A stretch of DNA of 64,000 bases from Mobula hypostoma (Eukaryota): positions 96,908,001-96,972,000 of the forward strand of contig NC_086107.1 in NCBI RefSeq assembly GCF_963921235.1, given 5' to 3'. The translations under genes and the position numbers were made by a program. Shown one piece after another: positions 26,469 through 39,432 of this stretch (its first letter is position 1; every line of letters starts with the position of its first letter). The notes beneath the pieces were generated by a model, which was given only the letters and a program-made list of their open reading frames with translations, was not told the origin of the DNA and searched no databases.

Positions 26469-26670
26469 TAATCAATATGTGTGTTAGAACAATTTTTGGG
26501 TCTAGCACATTTACATTTAGCAAATGACTTTGGCTACCAGTCTTCACATCTGAATATGAATTGTGGATTTAACTTGAAGTGCAGCTCTGAACAATGGATT
26601 CCCAAAAGCCATCAATGTCAGTCCAGACAATCCTGATTAAAATTCACTTCAATGTCTATGGTGTGTGTGC

Positions 26671-26895
26671 GAAGAGGGAGGTGTGAAGTTTGTATGTAGT
26701 TTTAAAGAAAGCATTGTCCATACATTATAAATATGGAGTTGCCCTTTGATGTTTGGTACATAAAATATCGAATCCCATGTTGGGCCAGCGTGACCCTTTG
26801 ACCGAAGGCGTCTCCATATGATGCCTACTGTACCTTGTTTTGTCAAATAAAGAAGCTGCTTCGTAACTACCAGTAACTTCATTGACACAACAACA
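26671..26895 (+). mobile_element. Probable PPT plus short 3' LTR remnant
   Basis: gaagagggagg followed by TGTGAAG, then TATAAAT, AATAAA and an acaacaaca end. No TSD found. Confidence 0.4.
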
Positions 26896-27737
26896 GTGTG
26901 GAGTGCAAACTCCTACAGTCGGTATAATGTGGGATGTATGGTAAATATTAGTCAGTGCATGTGGTGTAATTTAGGACATTTCACACCTAATTATGAGACA
27001 GTGCGTGTGCATCTGCCTGATGTGTAAGGTGTGTGAGTATATTTACACATGTCCTCTATGTGTGTGAGTGCATATGTGTGTGTATGTGTGTGTTTGGCTG
27101 CTTAAGCAGAAGGCGTGTATCAGATGAGATGTGCCTTGGGCAGGAGAAGGGTAAGAAGTCTTCGAGGCTCCGCACCCATAGAGTTCCTTTGAGTTCTATG
27201 AAGAAGTACTTCCTTGGTGGTAACATGTTTTTTTTTCTCTGAAAGAGGAAGCATTCTTGAAGTTAGCAAATGGTTTGTGGGTGCAGGTTTCTTTTGAAGG
27301 TGTTTGTAGAGCGGGTATAATGTGGGAGGTAGTCTGACATCAGAAGTCACTGATTAAAGGCATACACATTGATGTCATTTCCACTGAAGATGCCCACCTT
27401 GTATGCATAAATAACTTGTTTTTTTTTTGGTTCCTGAACTAATTTTGTCTTTAGCTGCTGTTTACTACATTCCAGTTCATTTCAAAACTATTTTATAAAT
27501 TTGGGTCTATGCAGGTGACCTGCAATGGATGTGCAGTAGTCTAAAGACTCAAGAGGGAAGGAGGAAGGTGCTTGGCCGGGGTGTCTAGTTAGCCATAGCA
27601 TAGGATGCAGAGTACGAGTTTAATGTGGCAGATGATCCCACAACACAGGACAACACATCCATGACTGTCCTGACCATTGGTGTTGTCTAAAACGGGGTGG
27701 GGGGGGGAGAACTTCCCATGAATCTGACCAAAATATA

Positions 27738-28367
27738 CACTCAGTGACCAGTTTAGCAGGTATCTCCTGTTCCTAATAAAGTGTTCACTGAGTGTATGTT
27801 CATGGTCCTCTGCAGCTGTAGCCCATCTACTTCAAGGTTCAATGTGTTGTGCATTCAGAGCTACTCTTCTGAACACCACTGTTGTAACATGTGCTTATTT
27901 GAGTTACTGTCTCTTTCTTGTAAGCTTGAACCAGTCTGTCCAATCTCCTCTGAACTGCCACTCACTGGGTGCTTTATTTCTCACCATTCTCTGTAAACTC
28001 TAGAGACTGATGTTCGTGAAAATCCCAGGAGATCAACAGTTTCTGAGGTATTCAAACCACCCTGTCTGGCACCAATAACCAAGAGATCAGTGGGTTTTAA
28101 GGTACCCAAACCACCCTGTCTGGCACCAGCAACCAAGAGATCAATAGTTTCTGAGGTACTCAAACCACCTTGTCTGGTACCAACAAACAAAGTCACTTAG
28201 GTCATATTCCTTCCCCATTCTGATGCTGGGTTCTGAATGACTGAAGCTTTTGACCATGTCTGCATACTTTTATGCATTCGTTGGCTGCCACACGATTGGC
28301 AGATCAGGTAGGGATTTGCATTAGTGAGCAGGTGTACAGGTGTACCTACTAAAGTGGCCACTGAGTG
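27738..28367 (-). mobile_element. Tc1/mariner non-autonomous element
   Basis: TA|CACTCAGTG(A/G)CCA TIRs with TA flanks. Transposase HTH remnant GARQGGLNTSETVDLLGFSRTSVSRVYREW. Confidence 0.85.
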
Positions 28368-29465
28368 TACTTGAGAGTCCAGTGGGGTGACTGGAAGCTA
28401 TAGTGGAGAATGGTGATCAACTTGCACATAACAAGGATTCAGTGTCATACAGAACAGAATGTTCCCCTTTACTGATGTGGACTGAAGTTAACTGGGACAG
28501 TAGGTCTCACTTAGGATTTTACACACATGTGTGTGGTTGCATAACCAAAGAAGTTAAGTGATGGTCTATCAGAGGAGCTTCGTACTGGCTCCAGGAGAAG
28601 AATATGGCTTCTCAATGCCCAAATTCCACCAATTTTCCTAACCCAGACTTCTGAACTACTCTACCTGCTCTTTTGTGTTTGCCTCCCCCTCTGTCTCTTC
28701 ACCCGTAGATTTCATTTCTCTCCATGATTCTCTGTGCCAGTATCATTGGCAGAGTGGCAGGGCCAGCAGAGTCACTGTTCAGGATCAGTCCCTGCCTGCG
28801 TGGCATGGGCACATTCACCCTGTGACCATCTGGGTTTCCCTTACGTTGTTCCAGTTTCCTCCCGCATTGCAGGGGTGGGGTTTGGTCATTTAGTTATCTG
28901 CTGTAGGTTGCCCCAGTGTGTAGGTGAGTGGTACAGGCTGGGGGAGCACGACTGGAATGGCTTAGCAGAGGATTAGTGTGAAAATGAGCGGCCGATGATC
29001 AGTGGGGCAAAGGGCCTGTTGCCATGTTATATCTCGCTAATATTCTAACGCAGATGGTAATGCCTGTGCTGATTGACTAGCTGTTTGTCATGTCAAACGA
29101 TGACAGGAAACCTGCGTGGGAGGGTTTTTAAAGTGGAAAAGCCATTGCACTGGGCCGTTCCGCTCTCTTGACCTCAGAAGTCCAGCTCCAGCGGTACAAG
29201 TGGGCATCACAGCTGGCGCCTTCTTTGGTTGCAGTGGATGACCATGATTTCTTCTGTCCCTTGTCATGCCCTTCGCTCTCCACAAAACTGCCTTCCTGGC
29301 CATTGGATGTCACTGTAGGTCTTATCTGCCTAGTGCACCAGAGATGACTTTACATGCTAGGACAGACATGTCTCTATTCAGCGCGGCTACTCTCACCTGA
29401 CTTACACCGCCTGTCCAAGAAGTATAATGGGATGTGGCTGCTGCCATGTACAAGTACCTACTTCA

Positions 29466-30397
29466 GACTTCAAAGTTCAAAAAAAAATTATCTAAGTACG
29501 TATATGTCACCAGATAATACCCTGAGATTCAGTGTCTTGCAGGCATTCACAGTAGAACAAAAAAATACAACAGAACCAATGAAAAACTAGGCAGAAAGAC
29601 GGAGCAAACAATCAATATGCAAAAGTCAAACTGAGCAAATATTTAATAATTAATTAATTAATTAGATTATGCTGCAAACATGAGCTGTAGAGTCCTTGAC
29701 AATGAGTCCATAGGTTATGGAATCAGTTCAGTGCTGAGGTGAGTGAAGTTATCCATGCTGGTTCAGAAGTCTGATAGCTGAAGGCTAATAACTGTTCCTG
29801 AACCTGGTGGCGAGGGACTTAAAGCACCCATACCTCCTTCCCACTGTAAGCAATGAGAGGTGAGCATGGCCTGGATGGTTGGGGGAGGGGATGGGTGTCT
29901 GATGATGGATGCTGCTTTCTTATGGCAGCGTTCCTTGTACAAAGTAGATGAGCTCAATGGTGGGGAGGGCTTTTCCCGTGACGGACTGGACTGTATCCAC
30001 TAATTTTTGTAGGCTTTTCCATTCTTGGGCATTGGTTTCCATACCAGGCTGTTGTACAACCAGTCAGGATACTCTCTACTGTGCATCTCCAGAAGTTTTC
30101 CAAAGTTTTAGACGACATGCTGAATCTGTGCAAACTTCTAAGAAAGTATCGGTACTGCCTGTGCCTTTTTTTGTGATGGCACTTACATGCTGATCTCTGG
30201 ACAGGTTGTCTGAAATGATAATGCCAAGGAATTGAAAGTTACTGACCCTCTCCAACTCCAGAGGACTGCCTCACGGACCTTCAGTTTCTTCCTCCTGTAG
30301 CCAATAATCGGCTCTTTCGTTTTGCTGACGTTGAGTGAGAGTTTGTAGTTGTGGTATCATTTGATCAGATTTTCCATCTCCCTCCTATATGCTGATT
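29466..30397 (-). mobile_element. Rex1/L2-type LINE 3' fragment
   Basis: ORF 29763-29957 reads CHKKAASII. 3' UTR and tail similar to 53280-53620. Confidence 0.7.
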
Positions 30398-31281
30398 AAG
30401 AATCAGACTCAGGTGTAAAATCACTGACATATGTTGTGAAATTTGTTGTTTTGTACATTGCAATACATAGTAATAATAATTATAAGTTACAATAAGAAGT
30501 ATATATAAAAAGTAAATTAAATAAGTCGTGCAAACAGAGTGGGAAAAAATACTGAGGAAAAAATAGTGAAGAAGTGTTCATGGGTTCATTGTCCATTCAG
30601 AAAGCGGATGGCGCAGGGAAAGAAGCTTCTCCCAAAACATTGATTGTGTGTCTACAGGCTCCTGTACCTCCTCTTTGATGGTAGCAATGAGAAATGGGTA
30701 TGTCCTGTGTGGTGAGGGTCCTTAATGATGGATGCTGCCTTTTTGAGGCATCACCTTTTGAAGATGTCCTGGATTCTGGGGAGGCTAGTGCCCATGATGG
30801 AGCAGGCTGAGTTTACAACTTCCTGCAGTTTCTTTGATCCTGTGCAGTGGTCCCTCCATACCAGATGCAACCAGTTAGAACACTCTCTATGTAGAAATTT
30901 CTGAGTATCTTTGGTCATATACTAATTCTCCTCAAACTTCAAATGAAATATAGCTGCTGTTGTGACTGCTTTGTAATTGCATCGATATGTTGGGCCCAGG
31001 ATTGATTTTCAGAGATGTTGACACCCAGGAACTTGAAACTGCTCACTGCTGATCCCTCAGTGAAGATTGGTGTGTGTTCCTTCAACTTCGCCTTCCTGAA
31101 GTCCACAATCAGTTCCTTGGGCTTACTGATGCTAAGTGTGACACCATTCAACCAGCTGATCTATCTCACTCCTGTATGCCTCCTCATCACCATCTGAAAT
31201 TCTGCCAACGAGAGTTGTGTCATTGGCAAATTTATAGATGGTGTTGGAGCTGTACTTAGCCTCACAGTCATAAGTGTAGAG

Positions 31282-32645
31282 CAGTGGTCCCCAACCACCG
31301 AGCCGTGGAGCAATACCGGGCCGCAAAGCATGTGCTACCAGGCTGCGAAGAAACAATACGATTTGGCTATATGAGTCAGCTGCACCTTTCCTCATTCCCT
31401 GTCATGCCCACTGTTGAACTTGAACACACGCCAGGTCATTACGCACACGTCATCCATGTCAGCGCGGGAAGAAGATCAATTCCTCAAGCTTGCTAATGAC
31501 GGCGGGCTGAAAAGTATGTTTGACATAACATCTCTGCCGGCATTCTGGATTAAAGTCAAGGCTGAATATCCTGAGATACCCACGAAAGCACTAAAAACGT
31601 TGCTTCCATTTCCAACATATCTCTGCGAAGCGGAGTTTTCTGCAATGAATGCAACGAAAACTAAATTATGGAATAGACTGGACATAAGGAACCCCCTTCG
31701 AGTATCGCAGTCTCCCATCACCCCTCGATAGGACCGTCTTGTTGCAGGAAAACAAGCCCAGCCAGGATTCAGCGATATTGGTGTGTTGCAATAATTTTAT
31801 ATGTTCATATGAGGAAAGTATGTGCTGTGTGTTTAATATCCAAACGTTACTTAAAATGTTATGATGCTATTGACTTATAAGTGACTTATAATTGACTTAC
31901 CACTATATTCATGCGAGGAAAATATGCGCTGTGTGCTTAATATTAAATTCATTAGATAAACCCTTTTAGAAACGAAATTGAGTATATTAGCCACTTATAA
32001 GTGACTTATAGTTGACTTATCAGCTATATTCTGGTTGTGATTAACACCGCCCCACCCCCCCAGGGTTGCCAACTGTCCCGTATTAGCCAGGACATCCCGT
32101 ATATTGGGCTAAATTGGTTTGTCCCATACGGGACCGCCCTTGTCCTGTATTTCCCCCGCTAAGGTAGAGCGTTCCTATGAAACTGTTCGTGCTGCAATGG
32201 CGTAAAACGAAGAAGCAATTACCATTAATTAATATGGGAAAAATTTTTGAGTGTTCCCAGACCCAAAAAATAACCTACCAAATCATACCAAATAACACAT
32301 AAAATCTAAAATAACACTAACATATAGTAAAAACAGGAATGAGATGATAAATACACAACCTATATAAAGTAGAAATAATGTATGTACAGTGTAGTTTCAC
32401 TGAACAGAATCGCCAAAAACAATTTGTAGAAAAAATCGGCACATACATGCATGCGCACACAGGTGCCCGCGCAAGGCTTCATGGTCATGGTAGTCTTTTT
32501 CAGGGTAAACACAAGTGTCCTGAATTTGACTGCTACTGTTGTCCGTCGGCAAACCTACCCCCGACCCTCACTCCGGTTGGCCGGTCTATGAGAATATTGT
32601 CAATATTAAACTGGTCTGCGGTGCAAAAAAGGTTGGGGACCCCTG
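31282..32645 (+). mobile_element. hAT (Charlie/Buster-like) non-autonomous DNA transposon
   Basis: TIRs CAG(T/G)GGTCCCCAACC with an 8-bp TSD GTGTAGAG/GTGTGGAG. ORF 31414-31731 is a hAT dimerisation domain (FWIKVKAEYPEI..LLPFPTYLCEAEFS..KTKLWNRLD). Confidence 0.9.
32061..32557. mobile_element. Second hAT-like MITE nested in the Charlie element
   Basis: Ends CAGGGTTGCC...GGCAAACCTA form an imperfect TIR, with subterminal gtcccg repeats. TSD is unclear in C-rich flanks. Confidence 0.55.
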
Positions 32646-32804
32646 GTGTGGAGTAAGTAGAGCTGTGGGCTAAACACACAGCCCTGAGATACGGCTGTGC
32701 TGTCTGGGACTGTGGAGGAGATGTTGCCAATCCAAACTGACTGGAGTCCACAAGTGAGGAAACCAAGGATCCAGTTACACAAAGAGGTTTCGGGCCTGTG
32801 TTTT

Positions 32805-33801
32805 ACATAGAAACATAGAAACATAGAAAATAGGTGCAGGAGTAGGCCATTCGGCCCTTCGAGCCTGCACCGCCATTTATTATGATCATGGCTGATCATC
32901 CAACTCAGAACCCCACCCCAGCCTTCCCTCCATACCCCCTGACCCCCGTAGCCACAAGGGCCATATCTAACTCCCTCTTAAATATAGCCAATGAACTGGC
33001 CTCAACTGTTTCCTGTGGCAGAGAATTCCACAGACTCACCACTCTCTGTGTGAAGAAGTTTTTCCTAATCTCGGTCCTAAAAGGCTTCCCCTTTATCCTC
33101 AAACTGTGACCCCTCTTTCTGGACTTCCCCAACATCGGGAACAATCTTCCTGCATCTAGCCTGTCCAATCCCTTTAGGATTTTATACGTTTCAATCAGAT
33201 CCCCCCTCAATCTTCTAAATTCCAACGAGTACAAGCCCAGTTCATCCAGTCTTTCTTCATATGAAAGTCCTGCCATCCCAGGAATCAATCTGGTGAACCT
33301 TCTTTGTAATCCCTCTATGGCAAGGATGTCTTTCCTCAGATTAGGGGACCAAAACTGCACACAATACTCCAGGTGTGGTCTCACCAAGGCCTTGTACAAC
33401 TGCAGTAGTACCTCCCTGCTCCTGTACTCGAATCCCCTCGCTATAAATGCCAGCATACCATTCGCCTTTTTCACTGCCTGCTGTACCTGCATGCCCACTT
33501 TCAATGACTGGTGTATAATGACACCCAGGTCTCGTTGCACCTCCCCTTTTCCTAATCGGCCACCATTCAGATAATAATCTGTTTTCCTATTTTTGCCACC
33601 AAAGTGGATAACTTCACATTTATCCACATTAAATTGCATCTGCCATGAATTTGCCCACTCACCCAACCTATCCAAGTCACCCTGCATCCTCTTAGCATCC
33701 TCCTCACAGCTAACACTGCCACCCAGCTTCGTGTCATCCGCAAACTTGGAGATGCTGCATTCAATTCCCTCATCCAAGTCATTAATATATATTGTAAACA
33801 A
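32805..33801 (-). mobile_element. Young 5'-truncated CR1 LINE with intact RT C-terminal frame
   Basis: Uninterrupted [49 protein letters not shown]. Tail is (TTTCTATG)n. Confidence 0.95.
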
Positions 33802-34489
33802 CATATTTTGGAGCTTATTGATTAGTTTTGAGGGAATGATAGTGTTGAATGTAGAGCTGTAGTCATTGAAGAGCATCCTGATGTATGCATCTTCACTGTC
33901 CAGATGTCCCAGGGTTGAGTGACGAGCCAATGAAGTGGCATCTGCCGTTGATCTGTTGTGATTGTAGGCAAATTGGAGCAGAGCCACATGTGAGAGCTGA
34001 ATCAGATAGGAACCAACGGTGAGTGAGGTGCAATCCAGTTAGACCCACCAGATTTGTAAGATTTCTCCTTTGTTTTAAAAGTCTGCTTTAGACCTGGGTG
34101 TAGCTGGCAGGACCAACATCTATTGCCCATCCCAGATTACTCTTGGGAGAGGAATGGACTATTAATTAATTTCATTTAGCAGGGAACAGGCCCTTCTGGT
34201 CCAATGATTACTGCTGTTCTCCTGGAGATCCCGGAACACTTCCAGGAGGAAGCTTCAGAGAGGAACAACAGTGTATTTTCCAGACAGGGTGCTGTGTGAC
34301 TTGGAGGGGATCCTGAAGTTGGTGGTGCTCCCAAGCACTCTCTGCCCTTGTCCTTCCATGGTGGCCAGGTTCACAGGCTTGGGAGGTGATGTCAGAGTGG
34401 TCTAGGGGAGTAACTGGTGCTGTTGGTGGACGGTACCCACAGCAACCACTGTGTGCACTGGTGGAATGAGTGAATGCTTACGGTTTACA

Positions 34490-34770
34490 GCTTCCACCTA
34501 TTCCCCCCTAGATTCTCAGTTCATCCTCCCTCCCCCACCCACCTACTCTTCCCCTCACCTATCATCTGCCAGCTTGTGCTCCTTCCCCTCCCTCCACCTT
34601 CTCATTCTGGCTCCTTACCCCTTCCTCTCCAGTTCTGATGGAGGATCTCTGCCTGAACCATCGACTGTTTATTCCTCTCTGTAGATGTTGCCTGAGCTGC
34701 TGAGTTCCTCCAGCATATTGTGTGTGTCACTCTGGATTTCCGGCATCTGCAGAACCTCTTGTGTTTATGA
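34490..34770 (+). mobile_element. Penelope-like 3' terminus fragment
   Basis: cagtt-CTGATGG-..-GAACC-ATC-gactg is a degenerate hammerhead, followed by the family tail tgctgagttcctccagcat. Confidence 0.65.
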
Positions 34771-35384
34771 CTTGTGTAGAGTGGTTGATGGGCCGTGTCC
34801 TGGTTAACGTTGAGCCTTTAGAGATCTGTAGGAGCTCATCCAGGCAACAGAAGATTATTCTATCAGGCTTCTGATGGTGGGACGGCAGTTACTACAGCTA
34901 ATCACCTTCTTACCTGCCCTTTTAGCCATGGCTTTTATCAAGTTGATCAGGTTAATAATGGTTGAGGTTGGGGGCTCCAGACTGATCATGTTATTGACTG
35001 ACTCTCTCTTATTAGCGATGACTATTTCCTGGCAATTTTATGATGCAAATGTTACAGGCCACTTATCAGGCCTTGCCTGAATGTTGTGCAGGTCTTGTGC
35101 TTTGCTGACTTGGGCTGCGTTATGCTGAAAAGTCATGAACGAAACTTAACTTTGTGCAGGCTTCAGAGGACGACCCGCTTCTGCTGTTAAGATGAACAGA
35201 AGCCGCTGCAGGTGGCTGGGTCTGGTTGCCTGCTCTGCACTGCACTGCTGCTGCAGTGGGGTCCTGGGGCACGGATGACTCATCTTCTACAAACATAACC
35301 ATCTATCTTTGGCTGACGTAAGGCTCCAACCATCGAAGTGTTCTCTATGGATGCTTTGCAAAGACTTCTTGATGCTATCAATAA

Positions 35385-35670
35385 TGGGGGGGAGGGTCTC
35401 ATTGAAACCAATCAAATATTGAAAAACATGGAGAGGATGTTTCTTATAGTGGGGGAGTCTAGGTCCAGAGGACACAACCTCAGAATACAAGTATGTTTCT
35501 TTAGAACCGAGACAAGGAGGAATTTCTTCAGACTGAGGGTGGTGAATCTGGGGAATCCATTGACACCGATAATTCTGGAGGCCAAGTCATTGGGTGTATT
35601 TAAAGCGGAGGTTGAAAGGTTCTTGATTAGTCAAAGCATCACAGGTTATGGGGAGAATGGGGATGAGCAG
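35385..35670 (+). mobile_element. CR1 3' fragment
   Basis: Reads ERMF..GESRSRGHNLRI..FRTETRRNFFRLRVVNL. Confidence 0.8.
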
Positions 35671-35821
35671 GTCATCTAGCCAATCCCACCTGTAGTATAT
35701 TGTGGATTAGTCGGGAAGTTGCTGGGTCCTAAGTGTTGGAGTTTGGAGATGAATTTGCTTGGAATTACGGTTTTGAATTTACTAGAAAATAAGGAAATGT
35801 ACCAGGAGAAGGCCTAAATGG

Positions 35822-36246
35822 GCTGACCCCCTCCTACATCACAGACCTTCTAACCCCTTATTCTACTTCTAGGTCCCTTAGGTCCGCTGACTTGGGGCTC
35901 CTGGCTGTCCCGCGATCTAAACTTAAGTTCAGGGGTGACTGCACCTTTGCTGTTGTAGCCCCTAGACTGTGGAATAGCATTTCCCTCCCTATCAGATCTG
36001 CCCCCTCCATTGACTGTTTTAAGTCCAGTTTTAAAACTTACCTTTATTCACTAGTGTTTGAATCTTCCTGATGTGGCTGATTTTTGGCTTGTGCCTAGGC
36101 TCATGTGTTGTTTATTTTGTGCCTATAAGCTGTGTGCCTTGTTGCTTCTTGTATTTGTGATTTTAGTTACCTGTTATGGTTTGTACAGCACTTTGGTCAA
36201 CATGGGTTGTTTTTAAATGTGCTTTATAAATAAATTTGACTTGACT
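35822..36246 (+). mobile_element. L2 LINE 3' end
   Basis: Reads PSYITDLLTPY..RSLRSAD..GDCTFAVVAPRLWN..FKTYL, with an ataaataaatttgacttgact tail. Confidence 0.8.
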
Positions 36247-36454
36247 GGAATTCATTAAAACTAAACATAAACAAGACTGATAAACAACCAGCCAATCAAC
36301 ATGCAAATGCTGATGGGAATGTGCGGAGAATAAAAATAGGATTAACCTAGGACTGGTGTAAATGGGTGGTTGATGTTGGCTACAGGCTTGTTGGGCTGAA
36401 GGGCCTGTTTCTGTACTGTCACTCAGAATCACCATCCTTGCCTGCTGAAGCACA

Positions 36455-37050
36455 TTTGTTATGCAAGGATGTCATGTTGAGACTTTATAAAGTACTGATG
36501 AGGCCTCACTTAGAGTATTATGTGCAGTTTTATGCCCCTTCAAAAGGATATGCTGAAACTGGAGATGGTTCAAAGGAGGTTCACGAAAATGAATCCAGGA
36601 TTGAACAGCTTGTTACTTGGAGAGTGTTAGATGGCTCTGGGCCTGTATTCACTAGAATTCAGAAGAATGAGGGATGACCTCATTGAAACCTATTGGATGG
36701 CGAAAGGCCTTGATAGAATGGATGTAGAGAGGATGTTTCCCGTGGTGGGAGAGTCTAAGACCAGAGAACACAACCTCCGAATAGAAAGGCATCCTTTTAG
36801 AATGGAGATGAGGAGGAATTTCTTCTGCCAGAGAGTGGTGAATCTGTGGAATTCGTTGCCACAGGCAACTGTGGAGGCCAAGTCTTTACGTGTATTTAAG
36901 GCGGAGCCTTAAATTCTTGGTTGGTCATATGGGGAGAAGACAGGAGACTGGGGCTGAGAGGAAAAATGGATCAGTCATGATGAAATAGCGGAACAGACTG
37001 AATGGGCTAAACAGCCTAACTCTGCTCCTGTATCTTATTGTCTTATGGTT
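36455..37050 (+). mobile_element. CR1 3' fragment
   Basis: Reads LYKVLMRPHLEY and [27 protein letters not shown], with a CR1 tail. Confidence 0.85.
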
Positions 37051-38089
37051 AGAAGTAGGACTGCCCTGGATCCACAGCACAGCACCATCATGATCATTTT
37101 CCTCAGCCATTTTATAATAAGAGTAAGAGATGCACTCATTATGTTCCTCCTGGGAGCCCAGGAAATGCCACGATGCTCTATAGCCAGTAAAATATTTCTT
37201 TAAAAACTGTATGATAACTGCCGTGACAGGGGGACAACAGCAACTAATTTACATTGGGCTTACTTCCACAACCAGCAGGATGCCTCCTGATCAGATCGTC
37301 AATGTTAATAATATTGGCTGAGGGATAAGTACTGGCACATTACCAGCACTACCATTCTGAAATGGCGCGCTGGGGCTTTTTTTCACATTAACTTGTTGGT
37401 GAGTCAAGGAGTTTGGTACAATATCTCATCACTTTTTCAATCCCAGCCCAGGAGTGTCATCAGCAGCTTGTGGTTACGTCTTTGCAATGGAACATCATGA
37501 CCTTCTAATATAAAACTGTGTACACCAAAACCGTTGAACCATGGCCAATGCCAGTAAATACAATGACATGAAGAACAGTGCCAAATTGAAATCCTTCACG
37601 TTAGTTTTGGCCAGAACTTTTGTTAACTAGGGTGATTCTGAAATATACTAACTGCATCTGCATGCAACTCTCGGGGAGATGAACTCCTGGAGGTTCCAAT
37701 GGCATTGAAGTGCAAATTTTGTTTCTATTTTCAGCGAATGGTGAAAAATACAGCAGTCCGATTGAAACTGGAAAGATCTCATTTCAGACTTGGTGTGGCC
37801 TTCTGTGTCCTGTCTCTTTTCTTCGCACCAAGGACCTGGGCTCCTCCTGTCTGAGATCCTTCCTGTTAGAGTTCCATAGAGGCCACAGCTCAGTCAGGTG
37901 CTCTCTCACCCACCAGCCCAGGGAGCAGCTGGCTGCACCCATGGGCTCTGCTCTGGGGAGAGGGGACTGAATGAAGAGCAGCAGATGTGGGAATCAGAGT
38001 GGTTCTCATGGAGATTTGGGTAGGGGAATATGGTGAACTGATTCCACAATCTATGGACTAACTTTCGAGGACTCTAAACTCATGTTCCC

Positions 38090-38092
<3 letters not shown>

Positions 38093-38139
<47 letters not shown>

Positions 38140-38394
38140 AATCTCTCTCAAACTCTCTCTCTCTTGCTCTCAATCTCTCTCTCTCTCACAATCTTTCTCT
38201 CTCTCTTTCTCCCTCTCTCTCTCTCTCCTTTCAACTTTCTCCCTCTCTCTTTCTCTCTCTCCAATCTCTCTCCCTCCCTCTCTCCCTCTCTCTCCCTCTC
38301 TCCCCCTTCTCCCCCTCTCTCAATCTCTCTCTCTCCATCTCTCAATCTTTCTCTCTCTCTTTCTCCCCCTTCCCTCTCTCCCTACTCTCCCTCT
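38093..38394. repeat. CT-rich microsatellite / polypyrimidine tract (~300 bp)
   Basis: Directly visible. It is the source of the SLSLSL and RERE ORFs. Confidence 0.95.
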
Positions 38395-38456
38395 ATTTTT
38401 TTTATTGTATTTACATGAGTTGTCTTCTTTTGCACACTGGTTGTTTGTAAGTCTTT

Positions 38457-39432
38457 AGCTACGTCCACACTACGCCGGATAATTTTGAAAACGAAGCTTT
38501 TTCTCTTCGTTTTGACCTTCCGTCCACACTGAAACGGCATTTTCAGCCCCCAAAAACGGAGATTTTCAGAAACGGTCTCCAGAGTGAATAAATGAAAACG
38601 CCTAATATCCGTTGCAGTGTGTATGGGGTAACCGGAGCTTTTTAAAACCGCTGTCATGACGTGCCGGAACAGATGGCAACAGCCCGGCATTTCATTGTTT
38701 TCTTCTTCTTATTACTACTTTATTGTCGCCAAAGAATTGATACTAGAGCGTACAATCATCACAGCGATATTTGATTCTGCGCTTCGCAGAACCTAACAAT
38801 TTCAGAACAGACGGCAACGAGACTGAAGCCAGAAGAGTTAGAAATGTACTCACCAAATACTTTGACCCATAGCTTACTGAATAAATAAGTGTACTCACTT
38901 TGCCCTGTTTTCTGTCCTCGCTTGTATGAAGGTGCTTTACCTATTTATGCAAGTACTTCTCTGACAATAGATGTATAACAGCCTAATGTAACATTGTATG
39001 GAAATACAAGATAACACTGAGGCAGACATGTTTCATACATTTAACAAGGTGCTTTATTAATGCAACAGAGTTAGTCAGTTTTCCAATGTTCGTCGTCAGC
39101 CGGGTCATACTGTCCGTGAACTCCCTGTTGGTTGCCTCCATACGCTCCAGTATTTGTTTTTTTTTAGTTTTAAGTCCTCCTGCATGAGAGCCAAGAGCAA
39201 TTCCTTTGAAGTTTTTCTACTCTGTAATTGGACAAACGCGCACTAAGTATTGTAGACTGTTTCCTCTTCGCTTGTTTGCTGTGTGTCCTGCGCATGCCCA
39301 GTAGGAGGAGATTCGCCGAAATATCCATCTAATGTGGACAGAGATATTTTGAAAAATGCTTAGTGTGGACGCCTGTCGTTTTTACTCGAAACCAGCGTTT
39401 TCAAAATTATCCGGTGGAGTGTGGATGTAGCC
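38457..39432. mobile_element. Non-autonomous DNA transposon, PIF/Harbinger-like termini
   Basis: About 37-bp TIRs: gctacgtccacactacgccggataattttgaaaacg and cgttttcaaaattatccggtggagtgtggatgtagc. TSD is not clean. Confidence 0.7.

Larger units (their letters stand above)
30400..33985 (-). mobile_element. Rex1/L2-type LINE interrupted by hAT and CR1 insertions
   Basis: Colinear RT pieces: [14 protein letters not shown] (33802-33987), SLCNWILGFL..QGCVFSPQLY (32650-32800), LYTYDC..KFANDTT (31132-31281) and KELIVDFRK..FKFLG (30939-31151). Confidence 0.85.

Noticed and set aside
35160..35317. Exon-like segment (tttgtgcag| ... |gtaagg) with a hydrophobic, Cys-rich peptide MNRSRCRWLGLVACSALHCCC
   Set aside because: All three frames hit stops inside the segment, and I saw no SECIS evidence to read through the TGA.
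38082..38450. ORFs of SLSL / RERE composition
   Set aside because: Translation of a CT microsatellite.
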